From Auanema rhodensis (lineage: Eukaryota > Animalia > Nematoda), in assembly GCA_964057225.1 (NCBI GenBank), contig OZ059896.1:62001-126000 (forward strand): a stretch of DNA of 64,000 bases, given 5' to 3'. The translations under genes were made by a program, and so were the position numbers. The notes under the pieces are model-generated. The model was not told the DNA's origin. It saw nothing but the letters and a program-made list of their open reading frames with translations, and did no database searches. This document shows, in pieces, positions 1-12,500 of this stretch. Position 1 is the first letter of the stretch. Every line of letters starts with the position of its first letter.

Positions 1-2464
1 AAAACCGCATCTCTTTATCTTTCACGTGAAGCGAGTTACATACCAAGTGCACATCAAGTGTACATTTAATTAGCATAAATTAAAGTTCACGTAAATTTCA
101 AAGTCATGGTTACCATGAACCAATATCAATAAAAATTTGTTTTTAGACTAATATGGACATGGGAAATCTAATTTTGAAAACCGCATCTCTTTATCTTTCA
201 CTTGAAGCGAGTTACATACCAAGTGCACATCACGTATACATTTAATTAGCATAAATTAAAGTTCACGTAAATTTCAAAGTCATGGTTACCATGAACCAAT
301 ATCAATAAAAATTTGTTTTTAGACTAATATGGACATGGGGAATCTAATTTTGAAAACCGCATCTCTTTATCTTTCACGTGAAGCGAGTTACATACCAAGA
401 GCACATCACGTGTACATTTAATTAGCATAAATTAAAGTTCACGTAAATTTCAAAGTCATGGTTACCATGCACCAATATCAATAAAAATTTGTTTTTAGAC
501 TAATATGGACATGGGGAATCTAATTTTGAAAACCGCATCTCTTTATCTTTCACGTGAAGCGAGTTACATACCAAGTGCACATCACGTGTACATTTAATTA
601 GCATAAATTAAAGTTCACGTAAATTTCAAAGTCATGGTTACCATGAACCAATATCAATAAAAATTTGTTTTTAGACTAATATGGACATGGGGAATCTAAT
701 TTCGAAAACCGCATCTCTTTATCTTTCACGTGAAGCGAGTTACATACCAAGTGCACATCACGTGTACATTTAATTAGCATAAATTAAAGTTCACGTAAAT
801 TTCAAAGTCATGGTTACCATGCACCAATATCAATAAAAATTTGTTTTTAGACTAATATGGACATGAGGAATCTAATTTTGAAAACCGCATCTCTTTATCT
901 TTCACGTGAAGCGAGTTACATACCAAGTGCACATCACGTGTACATTTAATTAGCATAAATTAAAGTTCACGTAAATTTCAAAGTCATGGTTACCATGAAC
1001 CAATATCAATAAAAATTTGTTTTTAGACTAATATGGACATGGGGAATCTAATTTTGAAAACCGCATCTCTTTATCTTTCACGTGAAGCGAGTTACATACC
1101 AAGAGCACATCACGTGTACATTTAATTAGCATAAATTAAAGTTCACGTAAATTTCAAAGTCATGGTTACCATGCACCAATATCAATAAAAATTTGTTTTT
1201 AGACTAATATGGACATGGGGAATCTAATTTTGAAAACCGCATCTCTTTATCTTTCACGTGAAGCGAGTTACATACCAAGTGCACATCACGTGTACATTTA
1301 ATTAGCATAAATTAAAGTTCACGTAAATTTCAAAGTCATGGTTACCATGAACCAATATCAATAAAAATTTGTTTTTAGACTAATATGGACATGGGGAATC
1401 TAATTTCGAAAACCGCATCTCTTTATCTTTCACGTGAAGCGAGTTACATACCAAGTGCACATCACGTGTACATTTAATTAGCATAAATTAAAGTTCACGT
1501 AAATTTCAAAGTCATGGTTACCATGCACCAATATCAATAAAAATTTGTTTTTAGACTAATATGGACATGAGGAATCTAATTTTGAAAACCGCATCTCTTT
1601 ATCTTTCACGTGAAGCGAGTTACATACCAAGTGCACATCACGTGTACATTTAATTAGCATAAATTAAAGTTCACGTAAATTTCAAAGTCATGGTTACCAT
1701 GCACCAATATCAATAAAAATTTGTTTTTAGACTAATATGGACATGGGGAATCTAATTTTGAAAACCGCATCTCTTTATCTTTCACGTGAAGCGAGTTACA
1801 TACCAAGTGCACATCAAGTGTACATTTAATTAGCATAAATTAAAGTTCACGTAAATTTCAAAGTCATGGTTACCATGAACCAATATCAATAAAAATTTGT
1901 TTTTAGACTAATATGGACATGGGAAATCTAATTTTGAAAACCGCATCTCTTTATCTTTCACTTGAAGCGAGTTACATACCAAGTGCACATCACGTATACA
2001 TTTAATTAGCATAAATTAAAGTTCACGTAAATTTCAAAGTCATGGTTACCATGAACCAATATCAATAAAAATTTGTTTTTAGACTAATATGGACATGGGG
2101 AATCTAATTTTGAAAACCGCATCTCTTTATCTTTCACGTGAAGCGAGTTACATACCAAGAGCACATCACGTGTACATTTAATTAGCATAAATTAAAGTTC
2201 ACGTAAATTTCAAAGTCATGGTTACCATGCACCAATATCAATAAAAATTTGTTTTTAGACTAATATGGACATGGGGAATCTAATTTTGAAAACCGCATCT
2301 CTTTATCTTTCACGTGAAGCGAGTTACATACCAAGTGCACATCACGTGTACATTTAATTAGCATAAATTAAAGTTCACGTAAATTTCAAAGTCATGGTTA
2401 CCATGAACCAATATCAATAAAAATTTGTTTTTAGACTAATATGGACATGGGGAATCTAATTTCG
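1..2464. repeat. Nested short block duplications: monomers 1-4 recur at 11-14 (offset 1760 bp) and monomers 3-5 recur at 7-9 (offset 704 bp)
   Basis: Shared rare variants in the same order: CATCAAGTG (57/1817), GGGAAATC (164/1924), CACTTGAAG (202/1962), CACGTATAC (236/1996), CCAAGAGC (400/1104/2160), TTTCGAAA (703/1407/2463), ATGAGGAA (866/1570). Confidence 0.85.
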
Positions 2465-3520
2465 AAAACCGCATCTCTTTATCTTTTACGTGAAGCGAGT
2501 TACATACCAAGTGCACATCACGTGTACATTTAATTAGCATAAATTAAAGTTCACGTAAATTTCAAAGTCATGGTTACCATGCACCAATATCAATCAAAAT
2601 TTGTTTTTAGACTAATATGGACATGGGGAATCTAATTTTGAAAACCGCATCTCTTTATCTTTCACGTGAAGCGAGTTACATATCAAGTGCACATCACGTG
2701 TACATTTAATTAGCATAAATTAAAGTTCACGTAAATTTCAAAGTCATGGTTACCATGCACCAATATCAATAAAAATTTGTTTTTAGACTAATATGGACAT
2801 GGGGAATCTAATTTTGAAAACCGCATCTCTTTATCTTTCACGTGAAGCGAGTTACATACCAAGTGCACATCACGTGTACATTTAATTAGCATAAATTAAA
2901 GTTCACGTAAATTTCAAAGTCATGGTTACCATGAACCAATATCAATAAAAATTTGTTTTTAGACTAATATGGACATGGGGAATCTAATTTTGAAAACCGC
3001 ATCTCTTTATCTTTCACGTGAAGCGAGTTACATACCAAGTGCACATCACGTGTACATTTAATTAGCATAAATTAAAGTTCACGTAAATTTCAAAGTCATG
3101 GTTACCATGCACCAATATCAATAAAAATTTGTTTTTAGACTAATATGGACATGGGGAATCTAATTTTGAAAACCGCATCTCTTTATCTTTCACGTGAAGC
3201 GAGTTACATACCAAGTGCACATCACGTGTACATTTAATTAGCATAAATTAAAGTTCACGTAAATTTCAAAGTCATGGTTACCATGCACCAATATCAATAA
3301 AAATTTGTTTTTAGACTAATATGGACATGGGGAATCTAATTTTGAAAACCGCATCTCTTTATCTTTCACGTGAAGCGAGTTACATACCAAGTGCACATCA
3401 CGTGTACATTTAATTAGCATAAATTAAAGTTCACGTAAATTTCAAAGTCATGGTTACCATGCACCAATATCAATAAAAATTTGTTTTTAGACTAATATGG
3501 ACATGAGGAATCTAATTTTG

Positions 3521-6500
3521 AAAACCGCATCTCTTTATCTTTCACGTGAAGCGAGTTACATACCAAGTGCACATCACGTGTACATTTAATTAGCATAAAT
3601 TAAAGTTCACGTAAATTTCAAAGTCATGGTTACCATGCACCAATATCAATAAAAATTTGTTTTTAGACTAATATGTACATGGGGAATCTTATTTTGAAAA
3701 CCGCATCTCTTTATCTTTCACGTGAAGCGAGTTACATACAAAGTGCACATCACGTGTACATTTAATTAGCATAAATTAAAGTTCACGTAAATTTCAAAGT
3801 CATGGTTACCATGCACCAATATCAATAAAAATTTGTTTTTAGACTAATATGTACATGGGGAATCTTATTTTGAAAACCGCATCTCTTTATCTTTCACGTG
3901 AAGCGAGTTACATACCAAGTGCACATCACGTGTACATTTAATTAGCATAAATTAAAGTTCACGTAAATTTCAAAGTCATGGTTACCATGAACCAATATCA
4001 ATAAAAATTTGTTTTTAGACTAATATGGACATGGGGAATCTAATTTTGAAAACCGCATCTCTTTATCTTTCACGTGAAGCGAGTTACATACCAAGTGCAC
4101 ATCACGTGTACATTTAATTAGCATAAATTAAAGTTCACGTAAATTTCAAAGTCATGGTTACCATGCACCAATATCAATAAAAATTTGTTTTTAGACTAAT
4201 ATGGACATGGGGAATCTAATTTTGAAAACCGCATCTCTTCATCTTTCACGTGAAGCGAGTTACATACCAAGTGCACATCACGTGTACATTTAATTAGCAT
4301 AAATTAAAGTTCACGTAAATTTCAAAGTCATGGTTACCATGCACCAATATCAATAAAAATTTGTTTTTAGACTAATATGGACATGGGGAATCTAATTTTG
4401 AAAACCGCATCTCTTTATCTTTCACGTGAAGCGAGTTACATACCAAGTGCACATCACGTGTACATTTAATTAGCATAAATTAAAGTTCACGTAAATTTCA
4501 AAGTCATGGTTACCATGAACCAATATCAATAAAAATTTGTTTTTAGACTAATATGGACATGGGGAATCTAATTTTGAAAACCGCATCTCTTTATCTTTCA
4601 CGTGAAACGAGTTACATACCAAGTGCACATCACGTGTACATTTAATTAGCATAAATTAAAGTTCACGTAAATTTCAAAGTCATGGTTACCATGCACCAAT
4701 ATCAATAAAAATTTGTTTTTAGACTAATATGGACATGGGGAATCTAATTTTGAAAACCGCATCTCTTCATCTTTCACGTGAAGCGAGTTACATACCAAGT
4801 GCACATCACGTGTACATTTAATTAGCATAAATTAAAGTTCACGTAAATTTCAAAGTCATGGTTACCATGCACCAATATCAATAAAAATTTGTTTTTAGAC
4901 TACTATGGACATGGGGAATCTAATTTTGAAAACCGCATCTCTTTATCTTTCACGTGAAGCGAGTTACATACCAAGTGCACATCACGTGTACATTTAATTA
5001 GCATAAATTAAAGTTCACGTAAATTTCAAAGTCATGGTTACCATGCACCAATATCAATAAAAATTTGTTTTTAGACTAATATGGACATGGGGAATCTAAT
5101 TTTGAAAACCGCATCTCTTTATCTTTCACGTGAAGCGAGTTACATACCAAGTGCACATCACGTGTACATTTAATTAGCATAAATTAAAGTTCACGTAAAT
5201 TTCAAAGTCATGGTTACCATGCGCCAATATCAATAAAAATTTGTTTTTAGACTAATATGTACATGGGGAATCTTATTTTGAAAACCGCATCTCTTTATCT
5301 TTCACGTGAAGCGAGTTACATACCAAGTGCACATCACGTGTACATTTAATTAGCATAAATTAAAGTTCACGTAAATTTCAAAGTCATGGTTACCATGAAC
5401 CAATATCAATAAAAATTTGTTTTTAGACTAATATGGACATGGGGAATCTAATTTTGAAAACCGCATCTCTTTATCTTTCACGTGAAGCGAGTTACATACC
5501 AAGTGCACTTCACGTGTACATTTAATTAGCATAAATTAAAGTTCACGTAAATTTCAAAGTCATGGTTACCATGCACCAATATCAATAAAAATTTGTTTTT
5601 AGACTAATATGGACATGGGGAATCTAATTTTGAAAACCGCATCTCTTTATCTTTCACGTGAAGCGAGTTACATACCAAGTGCACATCACGTGTACATTTA
5701 ATTAGCATAAATTAAAGTTCACGTAAATTTCAAAGTCATGGTTACCATGCACCAATATCAATAAAAATTTGTTTTTAGACTAATATGGACATGGGGAATC
5801 TAATTTTGAAAACCGCATCTCTTTATCTTTCACGTGAAGCGAGTTACATACCAAGTGCACATCACGTGTACATTTAATTAGCATAAATTAAAGTTCACGT
5901 AAATTTCAAAGTCATGGTTACCATGCACCAATATCAATAAAAATTTGTTTTTAGACTAATATGGACATGGGGAATCTAATTTTGAAAACCGCATCTCTTT
6001 ATCTTTCACGTGAAGCGAGTTACATACCAAGTGCACATCACGTGTACATTTAATTAGCATAAATTAAAGTTCACGTAAATTTCAAAGTCATGGTTACCAT
6101 GCACCAATATCAATAAAAATTTGTTTTTAGACTAATATGGACATGGGGAATCTAATTTTGAAAACCGCATCTCTTTATCTTTCACGTGAAGCGAGTTACA
6201 TACCAAGTGCACATCACGTGTACATTTAATTAGCATAAATTAAAGTTCACGTAAATTTCAAAGTCATGGTTACCATGAACCAATATCAATAAAAATTTGT
6301 TTTTAGACTAATATGGACATGGGGAATCTAACTTTGAAAACCGCATCTCTTTATCTTTCACGTGAAGCGAGTTACATACCAAGTGCACATCACGTGTACA
6401 TTTAATTAGCATAAATTAAAGTTCACGTAACTTTCAAAGTCATGGTTACCATGCACCAATATCAATAAAAATTTGTTTTTAGACTAATATGAACATGGGG

Positions 6501-9500
6501 AATCTAATTTTGAAAACCGCATCTCTTTATCTTTCACGTGAAGCGAGTTACATACCAAGTGCACATCACGTGTACATTTAATTAGCATAAATTAAAGTTC
6601 ACGTAAATTTCAAAGTCATGGTTACCATGCACCAATATCAATAAAAATTTGTTTTTAGACTAATATGGACATGGGGAATCTAATTTTGAAAACCGCATCT
6701 CTTTATCTTTCACGTGAAGCGAGTTACATACCAAGTGCACATCACGTGTACATTTAATTAGCATAAATTAAAGTTCACGTAAATTTCAAAGTCATGGTTA
6801 CCATGAACCAATATCAATAAAAATTTGTTTTTAGACTAATATGGACATGGGGAATCTAATTTTGAAAACCGTATCTCTTTATCTTTCACGTGAAGCGAGT
6901 TACATACCAAGTGCACATCACGTGTACATTTAATTAGCATAAATTAAAGTTCACGTAAATTTCAAAGTCATGGTTACCATGAACCAATATCAATAAAAAT
7001 TTGTTTTTAGACTAATATGGACATGGGGAATCTAATTTTGAAAACCGCATCTCTTTATCTTTCACGTGAAGCGAGTTACATACCAAGTGCACATCACGTG
7101 TACATTTAATTAGCATAAATTAAAGTTCACGTAACTTTCAAAGTCATGGTTACCATGCACCAATATCAATAAAAATTTGTTTTTAGACTAATATGGACAT
7201 GGGGAATCTAATTTTGAAAACCGCATCTCTTTATCTTTCACGTGAAGCGAGTTACATACCAAGTGCACATCACGTGTACATTTAATTAGCATTAATTAAA
7301 GTTCACGTAAATTTCAAAGTCATGGTTACCATGAACCAATATCAATAAAAATTTGTTTTTAGACTAATATGGACATGGGGAATCTAATTTTGAAAACCGC
7401 ATCTCTTTATCTTTCACGTGAAGCGAGTTACATACCAAGTGCACATCACGTGTACATTTAATTAGCATAAATTAAAGTTCACGTAAATTTCAAAGTCATG
7501 GTTACCATGCACCAATATCAATAAAAATTTGTTTTTAGACTAATATGGACATGGGGAATCTAATTTTGAAAACCGCATCTCTTTATCTTTCACGTGAAGC
7601 GAGTTACATACCAAGTGCACATCACGTGTACATTTAATTAGCATAAATTAAAGTTCACGTAACTTTCAAAGTCATGGTTACCATGCACCAATATCAATAA
7701 AAATTTGTTTTTAGACTAATATGGACATGGGGAATCTAATTTTGAAAACCGCATCTCTTTATCTTTCACGTGAAGCGAGTTACATACCAAGTGCACATCA
7801 CGTGTACATTTAATTAGCATAAATTAAAGTTCACGTAAATTTCAAAGTCATGGTTACCATGAACCAATATCAATAAAAATTTGTTTTTAGACTAATATGG
7901 ACATGGGGAATCTAATTTTGAAAACCGCATCTCTTTATCTTTCACGTGAAGCGAGTTACATACCAAGTGCACATCACGTGTACATTTAATTAGCATAAAT
8001 TAAAGTTCACGTAACTTTCAAAGTCATGGTTACCATGCACCAATATCAATAAAAATTTGTTTTTAGACTAATATGGACATGGGGAATCTAATTTTGAAAA
8101 CCGCATCTCTTTATCTTTCACGTGAAGCGAGTTACATACCAAGTGCACATCACGTGTACATTTAATTAGCATAAATTAAAGTTCACGTAAATTTCAAAGT
8201 CATGGTTACCATGCACCAATATCAATACAAATTTGTTTTTAGACTAATATGGACATGGGGAATCTAATTTTGAAAACCGCATCTCTTTATCTTTCACGTG
8301 AAGCGAGTTACATACCAAGTGCACATCACGTGTACATTTAATTAGCATAAATTAAAGTTCACGTAAATTTCAAAGTCATGGTTACCATGCACCAATATCA
8401 ATAAAAATTTGTTTTTAGACTAATATGGACATGGGGAATCTAATTTTGAAAACCGCATCTCTTTATCTTTCACGTGAAGCGAGTTACATACCAAGTGCAC
8501 ATCACGTGTACATTTAATTAGTATAAATTAAAGTTCACGTAAATTTCAAAGTCATGGTTACCATGAACCAATATCAATAAAAATTTGTTTTTAGACTAAT
8601 ATGGACATGGGGAATCTAATTTTGAAAACCGCATCTCTTTATCTTTCACGTGAAGCGAGTAACATACCAAGTGCACATCACGTGTACATTTAATTAGCAT
8701 AAATTAAAGTTCACGTAAATTTCAAAGTCATGGTTACCATGAACCAATATCAATAAAAATTTGTTTTTAGACTAATATGGACATGGGGAATCTAATTTTG
8801 AAAACCGCATCTCTTTATCTTTCACGTGAAGCGAGTTACATACCAAGTGCACATCACGTGTACATTTAATTAGCATAAATTAAAGTTCACGTAAATTTCA
8901 AAGTCATGGTTACCATGCACCAATATCAATAAAAATTTGTTTTTAAACTAATATGGACATGGGGAATCTAATTTTGAAAACCGCATCTCTTTATCTTTCG
9001 CGTGAAGCGAGTTACATACCAAGTGCACATCACGTGTACATTTAATTAGCATAAATTAAAGTTCACGTAAATTTCAAAGTCATGGTTACCATGCACCAAT
9101 ATCAATAAAAATTTGTTTTTAGACTAATATGGACATGGGGAATCTAATTTTGAAAACCGCATCTCTTTATCTTTCACGTGAAGCGAGTTACATACCAAGT
9201 GCACATCACGTGTACATTTAATTAGCATAAATTAAAGTTCACGTAAATTTCAAAGTCATGGTTACCATGAACCAATATCAATAAAAATTTGTTTTTAGAC
9301 TAATATGGACATGGGGAATCTAATTTTGAAAACCGCATCTCTTTATCTTTCACGTGAAGCGAGTTACATACCAAGTGCACATCACGTGTACATTTAATTA
9401 GCATAAATTAAAGTTCACGTAACTTTCAAAGTCATGGTTACCATGCACCAATATCAATAAAAATTTGTTTTTAGACTAATATGGACATGGGGAATCTAAT

Positions 9501-12500
9501 TTTGAAAACCGCATCTCTTTATCTTTCACGTGAAGCGAGTTACATACCAAGTGCACATCACGTGTACATTTAATTAGCATAAATTAAAGTTCACGTAAAT
9601 TTCAAAGTCATGGTTACCATGCACCAATATCAATAAAAATTTGTTTTTAGACTAATATGGACATGGGGAATCTAATTTTGAAAACCGCATCTCTTTATCT
9701 TTCACGTGAAGCGAGTTACATACCAAGTGCACATCACGTGTACATTTAATTAGCATAAATTAAAGTTCACGTAAATTTCAAAGTCATGGTTACCATTAAC
9801 CAATATCAATAAAAATTTGTTTTTAGACTAATATGGACATGGGGAATCTAATTTTGAAAACCGCATCTCTTTATCTTTCACGTGAAGCGAGTTACATACC
9901 AAGTGCACATCACGTGTACATTTAATTAGCATAAATTAAAGTTCACGTAAATTTCAAAGTCATGGTTACCATGCACCAATATCAATAAAAATTTGTTTTT
10001 AAACTAATATGGACATGGGGAATCTAATTTTGAAAACCGCATCTCTTTATCTTTCGCGTGAAGCGAGTTACATACCAAGTGCACATCACGTGTACATTTA
10101 ATTAGCTTAAATTAAAGTTCACGTAAATTTCAAAGTCATGGTTACCATGAACCAATATCAATAAAAATTTGTTTTTAGACTAATATGGACATGGGGAATC
10201 TAATTTTGAAAACCGCATCTCTTTATCTTTCACGTGAAGCGAGTTACATACCAAGTGCACATCACGTGTACATTTAATTAGCATAAATTAAAGTTCACGT
10301 AAATTTCAAAGTCATGGTTACCATGAACCAATATCAATAAAAATTTGTTTTTAGACTAATATGGACATGGGGAATCTAATTTTGAAAACCGTATCTCTTT
10401 ATCTTTCACGTGAAGCGAGTTACATACCAAGTGCACATCACGTGTACATGTAATTAGCATAAATTAAAGTTCACGTAAATTTCAAAGTCATGGTTACCAT
10501 GAACCAATATCAATAAAAATTTGTTTTTAGACTAATATGGACATGGGGAATCTAATTTTGAAAACCGCATCTCTTTATCTTTCACGTGAAGCGAGTTACA
10601 TACCAAGTGCACATCACGTGTACATTTAATTAGCATAAATTAAAGTTCACGTAACTTTCAAAGTCATGGTTACCATGCACCAATATCAATAAAAATTTGT
10701 TTTTAGACTAATATGGACATGTGGAATCTAATTTTGAAAACCGCATCTCTTTATCTTTCACGTGAAGCGAGTTACATACCAAGTGCACATCACGTGTACA
10801 TTTAATTAGCATAAATTAAAGTTCACGTAAATTTCAAAGTCATGGTTACCATGAACCAATATCAATAAAAATTTGTTTTTAGACTAATATGGACATGGGG
10901 AATCTAATTTTGAAAACCGCATCTCTTTATCTTTCACGTGAAGCGAGTTACATACCAAGTGCACATCACGTGTACATTTAATTAGCATAAATTAAAGTTC
11001 ACGTAAATTTCAAAGTCATGGTTACCATGCACCAATATCAATAAAAATTTGTTTTTAAACTAATATGGACATGGGGAATCTAATTTTGAAAACCGCATCT
11101 CTTTATCTTTCGCGTGAAGCGAGTTACATACCAAGTGCACATCACGTGTACATTTAATTAGCTTAAATTAAAGTTCACGTAAATTTCAAAGTCATGGTTA
11201 CCATGAACCAATATCAATAAAAATTTGTTTTTAGACTAATATGGACATGGGGAATCTAATTTTGAAAACCGCATCTCTTTATCTTTCACGTGAAGCGAGT
11301 TACATACCAAGTGCACATCACGTGTACATTTAATTAGCATAAATTAAAGTTCACGTAAATTTCAAAGTCATGGTTACCATGAACCAATATCAATAAAAAT
11401 TTGTTTTTAGACTAATATGGACATGGGGAATCTAATTTTGAAAACCGCATCTTTTTATCTTTCACGTGAAGCGAGTTACATACCAAGTGCACATCACGTG
11501 TACATTTAATTACCATAAATTAAAGTTCACGTAACTTTCAAAGTCATGGTTACCATGCACCAATATCAATAAAAATTTGTTTTTAGACTAATATGGAAAT
11601 GGGGAATCTAATTTTGAAAACCGCATCTCTTTATCTTTCACGTGAAGCGAGTTACATACCAAGTGCACATCACGTGTACATTTAATTAGCATAAATTAAA
11701 GTTCACGTAAATTTCAAAGTCATGGTTACCATGCACCAATATCAATAAAAATTTGTTTTTAGACTAATATGTACATGGGGAATCTTATTTTGAAAACCGC
11801 ATCTCTTTATCTTTCACGTGAAGCGAGTTACATACAAAGTGCACATCACGTGTACATTTAATTAGCATAAATTAAAGTTCACGTAAATTTCAAAGTCATG
11901 GTTACCATGCACCAATATCAATAAAAATTTGTTTTTAGACTAATATGTACATGGGGAATCTTATTTTGAAAACCGCATCTCTTTATCTTTCACGTGAAGC
12001 GAGTTACATACCAAGTGCACATCACGTGTACATTTAATTAGCATAAATTAAAGTTCACGTAAATTTCAAAGTCATGGTTACCATGAACCAATATCAATAA
12101 AAATTATTTGTTTTTAGACTAATATGGACATGGGGAATCTAATTTTGAAAACCGCATCTCTTTATCTTTCACGTGAAGCGAGTTACATACCAAGTGCACA
12201 TCACGTGTACATTTAATTAGCATAAATTAAAGTTCACGTAAATTTCAAAGTCATGGTTACCATGCACCAATATCAATAAAAATTTGTTTTTAGACTAATA
12301 TGGACATGGGGAATCTAATTTTGAAAACCGCATCTCTTCATCTTTCACGTGAAGCGAGTTACATACCAAGTGCACATCACGTGTACATTTAATTAGCATA
12401 AATTAAAGTTCACGTAAATTTCAAAGTCATGGTTACCATGCACCAATATCAATAAAAATTTGTTTTTAGACTAATATGGACATGGGGAATATAATTTTGA

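Noticed and set aside
128-133. AATAAA polyadenylation signal or promoter-like AT motifs
   Set aside because: Expected by chance in AT-rich DNA, with no transcription-unit context.
53-145. Budding-yeast point centromere (CDEI-CDEII-CDEIII)
   Set aside because: ATCACGTG fits CDEI, but the following DNA is not a >90% AT CDEII, there is no convincing CDEIII, and point centromeres are not tandemly arrayed.
1-176. Assignment to a known ~176-bp family (Brassica CentBr, honeybee AluI repeat, Arabidopsis CEN178, alpha satellite)
   Set aside because: Only the length is similar. The consensus lacks AAGCTT and AGCT sites and I recognise no diagnostic sequence. A database search is needed.
1-176. CENP-B box (NTTCGNNNNANNCGGGN)
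   Set aside because: The consensus has no TTCG...CGGG on either strand.
1-176. 5S rRNA, tRNA, snRNA or spliced-leader tandem gene array; telomeric repeats
   Set aside because: No recognisable Pol III A/B/C boxes, cloverleaf, conserved RNA sequence or telomere motif runs.
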